From the NCBI GenBank assembly GCA_041641305.1, contig JBEPYN010000001.1:262498-326497 (forward strand): a stretch of DNA of 64,000 nucleotides. The letters are read 5' to 3'. This document shows positions 8,919 through 18,559 of the stretch, piece after piece. Numbering within the stretch: position 1 is the first letter of the stretch; every line of letters begins with the position of its first letter. Under the pieces are notes generated by a model. It ran no database searches. It was not told the DNA's origin and worked only from the letters and a program-made list of their open reading frames with translations. A program made the position numbers and the translations under genes. This DNA comes from Nitrososphaerota archaeon (GTDB lineage: Archaea; Thermoproteota; Nitrososphaeria_A; Caldarchaeales; Caldarchaeaceae).

Positions 8919-10032
8919 CACGAAGTATTCTATCGTCGGCTGCGGTGGGAGAGCCTCTTCCGTCTCGGTTGCTTGTCAGAATGTAGAGGTTGCCGTCGGG
9001 TCCTTCAACGACGTCCCGTAGCCTACCGAACTCGCCGTCGAAGAGCTTCTCGGATAAAATTACTCTGTATCCGTCTTCGTCGAAGACGAGCCTATGTAAA
9101 TGCCTGCCACGCAGGGCCGCGAAGAAAAACGAGTTGCGATATTCCTGATTCCCACGGCCTGTGTAGAAGCAGCATCCCGAGGGCGCCCATGTCTCTAACC
9201 CGCTGTGTATCACTGGTTTGATGAACTTTTCATCTCCAGCGTCGCCGATGACGATGGGCCATCCATAGTTGGCTCCGGTCTCAACCAGGTTTACCTCGTC
9301 GTGGGCTATTCTAAGACCTTCGCCGCTGGGGCCGTGGTCTGTGCAATAGAGCTTCCGAGTATCTGGATGCCATGCGATGCCCTGCGGGTTTCTCAAGCCC
9401 AGCGCGTAAACTGCTGTTTTGAAGGGGTTGTCTTGAGGAATTCCGCCCTCAGGTGTTAGTCGGAGAATTTTTCCGCCCAGTGAACTCGGGTTCTGTGAAA
9501 GCTCGGGCACACCTCCTTCGCCCGTCGTGATGTAGAGCATGTTGTCGGGCCCTATCTTTAATCGTCCACCGTTGTGAACGGTTCCACCAGGAATACCTGA
9601 GATTATATCAACTGGGTCCTGCAGTCCACCGCTGTATATGGTTTTGATGACTTTGTTGTAGATTTTTCCGTTTTCTCTGTAGCTATGGTAAAGGTATACA
9701 TGTGTTTTTCCACCGGTGTATAGTGTCTCTATTCCGAGGAGACCGCCTTCGCCTACCGCCGCCACCTCTAGTCGCCCAATCTCCTCAACCCTGCCTGAAC
9801 ATAAGGTGAGAAGCTTGACTGCACCGTTTCTCTCGGTTAACAAGGCCTCATCACCTGAGATGAACGCAATAGACCATGGCACAGACAACTGTTTAGCAAC
9901 GACCTCTACGCCTGAAGACGGCTTCTCCCATATTCTGGTGAATAAAGCGGCCAACGCCGCAGCCCCCAAAGCCGCAGCCGAGCCAAGTAGGGTAAGAAAA
10001 ATCCGTCTCCTCACAGCCAAACCCATACACAA
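8908..10032 (-). CDS. secreted PQQ-dependent sugar dehydrogenase-like beta-propeller protein (SGDH family)
   Basis: N-terminal signal/TM peptide, then a beta-propeller-like pattern resembling soluble glucose/sorbosone dehydrogenases ('HNGGRL', 'GLRNPQGIAW', 'HGPSGEG'). Confidence 0.55.
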   Translation of the reverse strand: MCMGLAVRRRIFLTLLGSAAALGAAALAALFTRIWEKPSSGVEVVAKQLSVPWSIAFISGDEALLTERNGAVKLLTLCSGRVEEIGRLEVAAVGEGGLLGIETLYTGGKTHVYLYHSYRENGKIYNKVIKTIYSGGLQDPVDIISGIPGGTVHNGGRLKIGPDNMLYITTGEGGVPELSQNPSSLGGKILRLTPEGGIPQDNPFKTAVYALGLRNPQGIAWHPDTRKLYCTDHGPSGEGLRIAHDEVNLVETGANYGWPIVIGDAGDEKFIKPVIHSGLETWAPSGCCFYTGRGNQEYRNSFFFAALRGRHLHRLVFDEDGYRVILSEKLFDGEFGRLRDVVEGPDGNLYILTSNRDGRGSPTAADDRILRVTF

Positions 10033-10062
10033 TACTGTTGTTAAACCTTATCCAAATTAAAG

Positions 10063-10136
10063 TGGACCGGCTGGGATTTGAACCCAGGACCTCCCGCACG
10101 CCAAGCGGGCGATCTTCCAGACTGATCTACCGGCCC
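10063..10136 (-). tRNA. tRNA-Ala (anticodon GGC)
   Basis: The reverse complement folds as a cloverleaf by hand: acceptor GGGCCGG/CCGGTCC including the G3:U70 alanine identity pair, D-stem GATC, anticodon stem CCCGC/GCGGG with loop TTGGCGT, T-stem CTGGG/CCCAG with TTCAAAT loop, and discriminator A. CCA is not encoded. Confidence 0.85.
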
Positions 10137-10160
10137 GACGAGTATGTTTCTAAATGTTTC

Positions 10161-10166
10161 TATAAA
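10161..10166 (-). promoter_or_regulatory. TATA box (TTTATA) about 25-30 nt upstream of the tRNA-Ala 5' end
   Basis: Read on the minus strand the sequence is AAAACTTTATAGAAACATTTAGAAACATACTCGTCG followed by the tRNA. The spacing matches an archaeal promoter. Confidence 0.45.
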
Positions 10167-10205
10167 GTTTTTTGTTGAAACATTTTTATCCTTTTGATTT
10201 GAGGA

Positions 10206-11432
10206 ATGGTTGTGAGCGTTGTTGATTTTCTGACTATCGATGATTTTGATGTTTCGGGGAAAACCGTTTTTGTGCGCGCCGACCTCAACACGCCTATAGA
10301 CCCTGAAACCGGGCGTCTACTCGAGCTGCATCGTATAAAAGAGTCGTCGTTCACGGTTAGGCATTTGAATGGCGCTAGGATTGTTCTCGGCTCTCATCAG
10401 GGCAGAGTGGGTAGATATGATTATGTCTCGCTCAGCATGCATGCTGAGGCGCTTTCCGAGGTTTTGGGCAAGCCGGTGAAGTTTGTCGAAGATGTTTTCG
10501 GTGAAGCGTCGCGGGCCGCTATACGGAGCCTCAACCCCGGCGAAGTTCTTCTTCTCGAAAACCTACGGTTTGCCGCTGAAGAGAATTATGAGTATAGCCC
10601 GCAGGATGCTGCGAAGACGCACATCGTAAGGAAGCTTGCGCCGCTCTTTGACTTATGTGTGTTGGATGCCTTTCCCACCGCTCACCGAGCTCATCCATCC
10701 ATCGTCGGATTTGCAGAGGTTTTGCCCACATGTGCAGGATATCTTGTGGCACGGGAGCTAAAATCGCTTAACCGCGTCATGATGACCTCCAAAGCACCCT
10801 ACACAGCTGTTCTCGGCGGCTCAAAGGTCTCAGACAGGCTTGAAGCAATAACAGCACTGATACAGAACGGCCGAGCAGACAATGTACTGTTAACAGGGTT
10901 GATAGGTCTTGTTTTCCTTAGGGCAGCCGGTGTTTTGAAGAAGCCACTGCCATCTGAGATTGAAAAACATGTTCCAAAAGCTCAGTCTATTTTGTTAGAA
11001 TATCGTGGAAAGTTTAGCCTGCCCGAGGACGTGGCAGTTGAAAAAGACGGCGAACGTGTGGAGATACCTGTCTCAGAGATAGAGGACCCTGTGAACGTGC
11101 TTGACATCGGCGAGCAAACAATAAGGAAATACTCTAGGATAATCAAAAGCTCTGGTACTATTTTCATCAGCGGTCCTCCGGGCATGTTTGAGAAGAAGGG
11201 CTTTGAGAAGGGTACTGATGAGCTTTTGCTGGCGACAGCCGGCTCCCTTGGTACATCGATAGTCAGTGGAGGGCATCTTTCCGCGGCTTTGGAGCGGCTT
11301 GGGGTAAAGGATTGGGTGGACCATGTCAGCACGGCAGGCGGGGCCTTGGTTATGTTTTTAGCTGGGCAGCGTCTCCCGCTCATAGAGGCTTTGACACGGA
11401 GCGCGAGAAAGTATAGAGGTGGTTCGGCGTGA
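10206..11432 (+). CDS. pgk: phosphoglycerate kinase
   Basis: 408 aa with a PGK N-terminal substrate-binding region ('VFVRADLNTPID') and C-terminal nucleotide-binding motifs. It overlaps gap in an ATGA arrangement. Confidence 0.9.
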   Translation: MVVSVVDFLTIDDFDVSGKTVFVRADLNTPIDPETGRLLELHRIKESSFTVRHLNGARIVLGSHQGRVGRYDYVSLSMHAEALSEVLGKPVKFVEDVFGEASRAAIRSLNPGEVLLLENLRFAAEENYEYSPQDAAKTHIVRKLAPLFDLCVLDAFPTAHRAHPSIVGFAEVLPTCAGYLVARELKSLNRVMMTSKAPYTAVLGGSKVSDRLEAITALIQNGRADNVLLTGLIGLVFLRAAGVLKKPLPSEIEKHVPKAQSILLEYRGKFSLPEDVAVEKDGERVEIPVSEIEDPVNVLDIGEQTIRKYSRIIKSSGTIFISGPPGMFEKKGFEKGTDELLLATAGSLGTSIVSGGHLSAALERLGVKDWVDHVSTAGGALVMFLAGQRLPLIEALTRSARKYRGGSA

Positions 11433-12439
11433 TAACTGTGGGGATAAACGGTTACGGAACCATCGGCCGAAGAGTTGCTGACGCGGTCATGAAGCAGAGT
11501 GACATGAAGCTTGTGGGAGTGGTGAAGAACACACCGGATTACAAGGCGCGTCTGGCGGCCTCAAGGAATATTCCGATATACTGTGTAGATGAGGCGGGTG
11601 TCTCCAAGTTCAGGAAGGCTGGGTTCGATGTTTCGGGTGTTTTGGACGACCTGCTTAAGGAGGTGGACGTGATTGTTGACTGCACCCCCGGCGACGTGGG
11701 TAAAAACTATCGTGAGAAATATCTCGGAGCGGGTGTGAAGGCGGTTTTTCAGGGTGGAGAGGATGCGGATGTGGCTGAGACGAGTTTTGTTGCTCAGTGC
11801 AACTATGAGAAAGCGATTGGACGAAAAAGTGTTAGAGTTGTTTCCTGTAACACGACTGGCTTATGTAGGGTTTTGAATGCTTTCGACACCTCTTTTGGCG
11901 TGGAGAAGGCCCGTGTAGTTATAGCGAGAAGGGCTGTGGACCCCGAGGAAACATCTAAAGGTGTAATTGATGCAGTTGTTCTTGACCCTGTCGAGATACC
12001 TTCCCACCATGCTGAAGACGTAAACACGGTTCTTCCACATATCGACATCGTGACTATGGCGCTCAAAGTCCCCACAACACATATGCATCTCCACAGCCTA
12101 ATCCTATCTCTCCGCCAAAAACCTACGAGGGAAAAAGTGTTGAACACTCTTGCCGAGACTACACGGGTTAAGCTTTTCTGGAAATCCGACGGCTTCAAAG
12201 GAACCGCTAACCTGTACGAATACGGCCGCGAACTCGGCAGACCTCGTGGAGACCTATACGAAGCATGCATAATCGGAGACTCTGTAACCGTCAAGGATAA
12301 CGAGGTCTTTCTCTACCTAGGTGTTCATCAAGAAGCGATAGTCGTTCCCGAAAACATAGACGCCATTAGGGCCCTAGCCGGAGAAGCGTCAGCCGAGCAG
12401 AGCATAAAAACCACCAACCAGTCACTCGGAATAGTTTGA
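11429..12439 (+). CDS. gap: glyceraldehyde-3-phosphate dehydrogenase, archaeal type II
   Basis: 'MITVGINGYGTIGRRVADAV' Rossmann fold and catalytic 'SCNTTGL' cysteine; 336 aa. Confidence 0.9.
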   Translation: MITVGINGYGTIGRRVADAVMKQSDMKLVGVVKNTPDYKARLAASRNIPIYCVDEAGVSKFRKAGFDVSGVLDDLLKEVDVIVDCTPGDVGKNYREKYLGAGVKAVFQGGEDADVAETSFVAQCNYEKAIGRKSVRVVSCNTTGLCRVLNAFDTSFGVEKARVVIARRAVDPEETSKGVIDAVVLDPVEIPSHHAEDVNTVLPHIDIVTMALKVPTTHMHLHSLILSLRQKPTREKVLNTLAETTRVKLFWKSDGFKGTANLYEYGRELGRPRGDLYEACIIGDSVTVKDNEVFLYLGVHQEAIVVPENIDAIRALAGEASAEQSIKTTNQSLGIV

Positions 12440-13056
12440 AAGCGGTTTTCCTCGACATCGACGGCACACTCTACAGGAACAGCGACTATGAGCAGCATCT
12501 GTTAACCTCGGCGGTGTACGTGATAGCGGAATGCCTTGGATTGGACAGGGCGGAGGCTTTCAAAAAACTCTACGAGACAAAAAAGGTTTACAAAACCGTG
12601 AGCAAATCTGTAGAAGTTCTTGGAATAGACCGGCACAAATTCTACTCTCTGCTCGCGGAGAAGGTTCAGCCATGCAGATATCTCTCACCTGACCCATTGC
12701 TGAAGCAGTTCTTCGCCGCAGTGAAAGGCAGGAGGCTTTTCGTCGGGCTGCACACGAATTCGGGGAAAATGCTTGCGTTGAAGGTTCTCGACTGCTTGGG
12801 TGTTGATGATGGATGTTATGATGTTCTTGTAACGAGTGATGACGCGGAGCCTAAACCGAGTATCGAGGGGTTTCGTCTACTGTTGTCGATGGCTGATGTT
12901 TCTCCCGAGGATGCTCTATACGTTGGGGACAGGTGTGAGGTGGAGCTGGAGCCTGCGAAGAGGATTGGTATGAGGACCGCTGCCATACATATCAGCGGCT
13001 GCCCCTACGCAGACATCCACCTCAACAGCTTGCAAGACCTGCTACACATCATTTGA
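12436..13056 (+). CDS. HAD family hydrolase
   Basis: 'VFLDIDGTLY' motif I. Translationally coupled to gap with a 4-nt overlap. Confidence 0.7.
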   Translation: MKAVFLDIDGTLYRNSDYEQHLLTSAVYVIAECLGLDRAEAFKKLYETKKVYKTVSKSVEVLGIDRHKFYSLLAEKVQPCRYLSPDPLLKQFFAAVKGRRLFVGLHTNSGKMLALKVLDCLGVDDGCYDVLVTSDDAEPKPSIEGFRLLLSMADVSPEDALYVGDRCEVELEPAKRIGMRTAAIHISGCPYADIHLNSLQDLLHII

Positions 13057-13756
13057 TGCCGAGGTAAAGCTTCCCCAGCTCCTCGTGGGTAAGCAAAGCG
13101 TTGGCATCTCCCTGGTAGACGGTTTTCCCGCTCACTAGGAGGATGGCCTTGTCCCCTATCTCGAGAGCTTTTTTCGCGTTCTGTTCTGCGAGGAGAATCG
13201 TTTTCCCATAGCTGTCTCGGAGATCCTTTATTATGTTGAATATGGTGATGGCCATTTTTGGTGAGAGGTTCCCGGTCGGCTCGTCGAAGAGCATGATCTT
13301 GGGTTTTCTGAGAAGCGACATGGCTATGGCCAGCATCTGTCTCTCTCCCCCGCTCATCAAAGCAGCTTTCTTGTTGCGGTAGGTTCTCAGATGCGGAAAC
13401 ATCTCCATGACATCGTCTATAGCTGACTCATCGAGGTCTAGTCCATGTGTTGCGATTAGTAGGTTTTCGTAGACTGTTAGGTTGCTGAATATATTATCCA
13501 CCTGTGGAACGTATGATATGCCGTGGTATGCGATTTCATGGGGCTGGAGACCCGTGATATCCACTCCGTTGAGCAGTATTTTGCCCGAGTAGATTTTTGT
13601 GAGTCCGAAAATTGTTTTGAGGAGTGTGCTTTTGCCGCTTCCGTTTGGGCCCACGACCACGGTGAGATGCTTCTCAGTCACCGTCACAGAAACGTCGAAC
13701 AATACTTGAAGCTGTCTGTACCCGGCTCCGAGGCCCTCCGTCCGCAGCATCTTCAC
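13049..13756 (-). CDS. branched-chain amino acid ABC transporter ATP-binding protein (LivF-like)
   Basis: Walker A 'GPNGSGKST', ABC signature 'LSGGERQ' and Walker B 'LLFDEP'. Confidence 0.85.
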   Translation of the reverse strand: MKMLRTEGLGAGYRQLQVLFDVSVTVTEKHLTVVVGPNGSGKSTLLKTIFGLTKIYSGKILLNGVDITGLQPHEIAYHGISYVPQVDNIFSNLTVYENLLIATHGLDLDESAIDDVMEMFPHLRTYRNKKAALMSGGERQMLAIAMSLLRKPKIMLFDEPTGNLSPKMAITIFNIIKDLRDSYGKTILLAEQNAKKALEIGDKAILLVSGKTVYQGDANALLTHEELGKLYLGIK

Positions 13757-14514
13757 CCACCCAAGTAGCTCTCAACAACCATGCTGTTTGTCAAAACTTC
13801 CTGAGGCTCTCCCTCGGCGATGACTTTGCCCAAGTGCATGGCGTAGACGTGGTCCACGTACGGTATTGCTATGTCGAGCCTGTGTTCGACGATCAGAAGC
13901 GTTATGCCGAGGCTTTTGCAGACGTTTCTTAGATGGGTGAAGACTTCATGTGCGAGCACTGGGTTGAGGCCGGCTGCGGGCTCATCCATCAGTATCATCT
14001 TGGCCCCGCTCATCAACGCTCTCCCTGTTTCGAGAAGCTTCATCTGGCCTCCGCTTAGCTCGCTTGCCCTGTGGTCCCAGAGATGGTCAAGCCTAAGCAG
14101 CCGCAGTATATCAAAAGCTTTCTGAGCCAGCTCCACCTCCGTATTTATCCAACGTGACCTGAGCAGCGCTGTCAGCAATCCATCTCCTTTCTTGCTCTTC
14201 GCTGAGACGAGAAGATTTTCAAGCACAGTCATGGAGTAGAAGGGCTGCGGTATCTGCCATGTTCGTACTAGGCCAAGTTTGTAGATGCTGTGCGGTTTTT
14301 GGCCTGTGATGTCTTTGCCTTCGAATACTATGCGGCCCGCCTCGGGTTTGTAGACACCTGTTACTGTGTTGATGAGGGTTGTTTTCCCGCTTCCGTTGGG
14401 CCCGATTAACAGAGAAATAGAGCCTTTCCTAACCTTTAGAGAAGCTCCGTTAAGAGCATACAGTCCCCCGAAGCTTTTGTAAACATCCCGCACATCCAAG
14501 ATAATATTTTCCAT
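13753..14514 (-). CDS. branched-chain amino acid ABC transporter ATP-binding protein (LivG-like)
   Basis: Walker A 'GPNGSGKTT', signature 'LSGGQMK' and Walker B 'ILMDEP'. Confidence 0.85.
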   Translation of the reverse strand: MENIILDVRDVYKSFGGLYALNGASLKVRKGSISLLIGPNGSGKTTLINTVTGVYKPEAGRIVFEGKDITGQKPHSIYKLGLVRTWQIPQPFYSMTVLENLLVSAKSKKGDGLLTALLRSRWINTEVELAQKAFDILRLLRLDHLWDHRASELSGGQMKLLETGRALMSGAKMILMDEPAAGLNPVLAHEVFTHLRNVCKSLGITLLIVEHRLDIAIPYVDHVYAMHLGKVIAEGEPQEVLTNSMVVESYLGG

Positions 14515-14547
14515 GACTAAAAAAGGTGTGGGAAATATATAAGAGGT

Positions 14548-15879
14548 TTATGGGGTGAAGCCCTCGGCCCACTCGAAGTTTCCTGTCGTGTAGACGTACC
14601 GTCCGGCCTCAACCCATCTCGGCTGTCCTCCGACGGTTTTGACGACCCATAGTATGTAGTCGGAGTATGGGAGGTCTCCGGCGTCGTCGAGTTTGAGGCT
14701 GAGGAACTCAGAAGCGATTGTGGGCAAAACCGCTCTCACGGCCTCTGCGTCATATTTCTGGGTAGCCATAAGCGCTAATGCGTAAGCCCACACAGCGCTG
14801 TATGCCGCGTAGGAGTAGGCGTCGGGCGGTGATCTGCCGAGAACTCGGAGAACCTCTGCGTCGACGCGGGCCTTTCTATCGGGAGTGGTTGCGAAGAAAA
14901 GCGGGTTAATCCACTTCACCTCTTCGGCGAAGCCTGCGGCGGCCGGGTCCTGGAAAATGGCTGCAGTCACAGCGGTTCCGTCGCTTCCAAACCATCTGAT
15001 ACGCTTAAGGTTCGGGTAGTCGTTGGCGGCTGAGAGGAATGCGACAACCTCGTCAAAGCCGACGATTTCGACCATGATTTTCTCGGGTGATACTCCCTGG
15101 CCGATGAGTTCTGTTACCTTGGCGTTGAGCTGAGAGACCTCGGCCGAGAACTCGGTTTTGTCAGGAGCGTATCTGAGCTCGAAGACAAGGTTTAGTCCGA
15201 GTTTGTTTGCCTCATTTGTGGAAACTGTGTGCAAGCCATCCCCCCATGCATCACCTCTCCACACATAGAGGAAGTGTGTGACACCAAGTAGCTTGGCAAG
15301 CCTCGGCCCTATTGGGCCCTGTATGTCGTCTGCTGTCGTGAACCTGAAGACAAAGTCGTTGGGTATCTTGAGGTCAGGAGCTGTGGAGGACTGAGAGATT
15401 ATCAAGATTTTGTTTGCGTCAACGTAGCTCTTTATCTGCCTAATCTCCGCGGATGTCATGGGGCCAACAATTAGCTTAACGCCTCTGGCGTTGAGGCTTC
15501 TAACCTTTTCCTCCGCGTTTGCTGGGTTGCAGGCCGTGTCTTCATGAATCAGACGAATTCTGAACCCTGCGCCTGATCTCTGGAGGAAATCATTAACCTC
15601 TCTGGCGGCGAGGTCCATCGCGACACGCTCGTTCTCAGCATAGGAAGAGAGTACAGCGCTTAGACAAAGCAAAGTACCGATGGTGACCTCGCCTGTTAAA
15701 CCCGCAGCAGCCGTAACAGTCGCGGTGGTGGCCACTGTTCTGGTCAGGGTAATGGTCTGGGCTGGTGATAATACTGGTCCGAGACCGATGCCGCCTATCA
15801 ACAGACCGACAACAAGTGCAACAACAGCAGCGGCGCCTGCCACAGAAGACGAAACCCCGGCTGAGCTTTTCCTCTTCAT
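14548..15879 (-). CDS. ABC transporter substrate-binding protein (Leu/Ile/Val-binding family) with N-terminal membrane anchor
   Basis: N-terminal TM helix plus a Thr/Ala-rich linker, then a periplasmic-binding-protein type I pattern. It is the first gene of the livJ-G-F-like string and diverges from the permease genes. Confidence 0.7.
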   Translation of the reverse strand: MKRKSSAGVSSSVAGAAAVVALVVGLLIGGIGLGPVLSPAQTITLTRTVATTATVTAAAGLTGEVTIGTLLCLSAVLSSYAENERVAMDLAAREVNDFLQRSGAGFRIRLIHEDTACNPANAEEKVRSLNARGVKLIVGPMTSAEIRQIKSYVDANKILIISQSSTAPDLKIPNDFVFRFTTADDIQGPIGPRLAKLLGVTHFLYVWRGDAWGDGLHTVSTNEANKLGLNLVFELRYAPDKTEFSAEVSQLNAKVTELIGQGVSPEKIMVEIVGFDEVVAFLSAANDYPNLKRIRWFGSDGTAVTAAIFQDPAAAGFAEEVKWINPLFFATTPDRKARVDAEVLRVLGRSPPDAYSYAAYSAVWAYALALMATQKYDAEAVRAVLPTIASEFLSLKLDDAGDLPYSDYILWVVKTVGGQPRWVEAGRYVYTTGNFEWAEGFTP

Positions 15880-15984
15880 GAGCTTTACGGTGAGGCTAGG
15901 CCTTTATAAACGTTTTCAAAAATCCGTAATTAGACACTTTGCTATAAAAATTATTTTAACAGGGCTTTAGGAAAGAATGAGTAA

Positions 15985-16923
15985 ATGGTGTTCCTCGACC
16001 CTGTCATCAGGGATGCCGTCATTTTCGCCAGTATGCTCAGCCTCTTAACTCTTGGACTCACGCTTAATTATCTCACAACTAAGGTTCCGAACTTTAGCCA
16101 CGGTAGCTTTGCGTCGATAGGTATGATGACTATGTTGACGATGACTGAGGCGTTTAAACAGCCCGCCTATCTTTCCCTTGTTCCCGCGTTTATCCTCGGA
16201 GGAGCCGCTGCCATCTCCCTCTACATGCTTGTGCTGAGGCCCCTGATTTCACGCGACGCCGGCCTCGTTTCGCAGATGATTGCGACAATAGCGTTTGAGC
16301 TCATACTGATTGCGGTGCTCAACATCTATGCTGACTACTTTACCCAGACCTTCAAGGTGCAGAGCAGAGGTTTTCTTATAAGGAGAAACGATGTAAGGAT
16401 TTTCGGCGAACCCGGTGTATTCATAATAGCTCCCACAATTGCAGTGTCCACAGTTATTCTGCTTTATCTTCTACTAAATAGGACAAGGTTCGGCATAGGG
16501 CTCCGCGCAGCCATAGAGAACCCGTCACTCGCGGGAACACTTGGCATCAACGTCAAGCGAGCTTATTCCTTCTCATGGTTCCTCGCCGGCGGCTTGGGCG
16601 GAGTAGCCGGCTCGCTGCTGGCTCTCTGGTTTCAGGGAAGCCCCAACTACGGCAGCGAATTGCTCATCAGCATTTTCGCGGCTGCCATAGTGGGCGGGCT
16701 GCAAAACATCTACGGCGCCGTTGCCGGGGGTTATCTGCTAGGGTTTGTTGAGATACTTGGGACGCGTCAACTGGGTTTAACCCTTGGGCCATGGATAACG
16801 GTTTATAGGCCGCTGATTCCGATCACCGCGATGGCGATAACGCTTCTCTTTCTTCCACAGGGTCTGGTCTCACTCCGTATACGCAGAGTCCTTAAACAAC
16901 CTGTGGGAGGTGGGGCGGAGTGA
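15985..16923 (+). CDS. branched-chain amino acid ABC transporter permease (LivH-like)
   Basis: Polytopic membrane protein with multiple hydrophobic segments. Confidence 0.8.
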   Translation: MVFLDPVIRDAVIFASMLSLLTLGLTLNYLTTKVPNFSHGSFASIGMMTMLTMTEAFKQPAYLSLVPAFILGGAAAISLYMLVLRPLISRDAGLVSQMIATIAFELILIAVLNIYADYFTQTFKVQSRGFLIRRNDVRIFGEPGVFIIAPTIAVSTVILLYLLLNRTRFGIGLRAAIENPSLAGTLGINVKRAYSFSWFLAGGLGGVAGSLLALWFQGSPNYGSELLISIFAAAIVGGLQNIYGAVAGGYLLGFVEILGTRQLGLTLGPWITVYRPLIPITAMAITLLFLPQGLVSLRIRRVLKQPVGGGAE

Positions 16924-18047
16924 TAGACCAGCAGCTTATCATCTTCTTGTTGAACGTTCTCTCCTACGTGGCTATCTACTTGATGGTTAACGTCAGCCTC
17001 AATTTCGAGTATGGGTTCACTGGGATACCCAACTTCGGAAAAGTGCTCGCAGTGGCGGGTGGAGCCTTTGTGGTGGGCGCTGTTCCGGGACGTATATTGG
17101 CGGGTCAGCTCAACCTCTACGGGGGTTTCAGAGCTGTGCAGGATAACCCTGTGCTGGCGGAGTGTCTCAGCACACTTGTACAGGTAAAGCCTAAGCTCAT
17201 GGAGAGTATAGACTACATCGAGGACAATGCCGTGGTAATAGACTGTGTTAGACGGGTTCTCGGAAACGACCCCATGCTCTCGATAACCTTGTTGGTTGCC
17301 ACGGTTGGGTTGGCGGCCATTGTAGGGGCGGGACTCGGCTTCATAGCGTCCTATCCAAGCATCAGGCTTAGGGAGGATTATCTCGCGATGACGCTGCTGG
17401 CGATGGGTGAGTTTCTCCGACAGGTGGGTTATCTTGACAGGACCCTGGTTGGAGGTACACTGGGTGTGGCTGTCCCCGACCCATATGGCTGGCTTGGCGA
17501 CCTGCGTCCCTATGCCTCAACCTTCATCATGCTCACCGTGGCGGTGCTTTTCTTCCTCTATGTGCGGGCCGTCACCTATTCTCCGGCCGGCCGCGTGCTA
17601 AGGGCTGTTCGAGACAATGAGATATCCGCCGAGGTTCTCGGCATAGATGTTGTACGGGTTAAGCAGAAGATTCTGGTCGTCTCGTCTATGATGGCGGCAG
17701 TCGCGGGCGCTCTCTGGGCCTTCAACTCGGTCGCCGTCATAGCAAACAACTATGACCGCTTCACATGGACTTTCTGGCCGTGGGTTATGGTGATTATCGG
17801 CGGCGCGGGAAACAACAGGGGAGTACTGCTTGGAACACTTGTCTTCGTAATTCTACGCCAAGCCATACTCACATACAACTACTTGCTCGAGCCGTTTATA
17901 CCGTTCAGCATTGTCTGGCTGGATAGGCTGCTCTTCGGCATCGCGTTGATAATCGTTTTAATCATCAGGCCTCAGGGAATTGTTCCCGAGAAGCCGACGC
18001 CTGCCATCAGCTTCGATAAGATAAGGAAGATGGTTCAGAAAAGTTGA
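16920..18047 (+). CDS. branched-chain amino acid ABC transporter permease (LivM-like)
   Basis: Polytopic membrane protein; ATGA overlap with the preceding permease gene. Confidence 0.8.
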   Translation: MIDQQLIIFLLNVLSYVAIYLMVNVSLNFEYGFTGIPNFGKVLAVAGGAFVVGAVPGRILAGQLNLYGGFRAVQDNPVLAECLSTLVQVKPKLMESIDYIEDNAVVIDCVRRVLGNDPMLSITLLVATVGLAAIVGAGLGFIASYPSIRLREDYLAMTLLAMGEFLRQVGYLDRTLVGGTLGVAVPDPYGWLGDLRPYASTFIMLTVAVLFFLYVRAVTYSPAGRVLRAVRDNEISAEVLGIDVVRVKQKILVVSSMMAAVAGALWAFNSVAVIANNYDRFTWTFWPWVMVIIGGAGNNRGVLLGTLVFVILRQAILTYNYLLEPFIPFSIVWLDRLLFGIALIIVLIIRPQGIVPEKPTPAISFDKIRKMVQKS

Positions 18048-18559
18048 GCGGAAAAAGAGACGATGAGACTTTTTTGCCTGGCAGGGGCGAGGTTAGGAAA
18101 AGCCATCCACTGTTGGAGGCTCTGGGAGCGGTTGACGAGTTGTCCGCATTCGTCGGCGTAGCCCGTTCGCTTACAGAGGACGAGGAGCTGAGAAAGGCTC
18201 TAAAAACTGTTCAAGAAGCGTTATTCAACATCGGGTCATATCTTGCGGTTCCAAATCGCCCCCTCGACCGAGTCAGGCTCTGCATGGAGGAGCTAAAGAC
18301 TTTTGAGAAATTGATGGAAAGCAGGCTCCCTGCTTTGACGCGGTTTATCTATCCCGGTGGAGCAGAGGCGGCGGCATTCATGAATGTTTGTAGAGCAGTG
18401 GCTCGCAGGGCTGAGAGAACAATTGTCAAGCTAAGCGAAACTATGGAGGTAGACCCACTCACAATCTCTTTTCTCAATTTTTTATCGAAGTTTTTCTTTA
18501 CAGCGGCACGTTACATAAACCATTTGTCCGGAGTTGCTGATGAGGAGTGGTTTAGCTAG
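18044..18559 (+). CDS. ATP:cob(I)alamin adenosyltransferase, PduO type
   Basis: Matches the PduO/MMAB family pattern ('GRGEVRKSHP...LGAVDELSAFVGVA...RFIYPGG'). Coupled to the upstream permease gene by a 4-nt overlap. Confidence 0.75.
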   Translation: MSGKRDDETFLPGRGEVRKSHPLLEALGAVDELSAFVGVARSLTEDEELRKALKTVQEALFNIGSYLAVPNRPLDRVRLCMEELKTFEKLMESRLPALTRFIYPGGAEAAAFMNVCRAVARRAERTIVKLSETMEVDPLTISFLNFLSKFFFTAARYINHLSGVADEEWFS

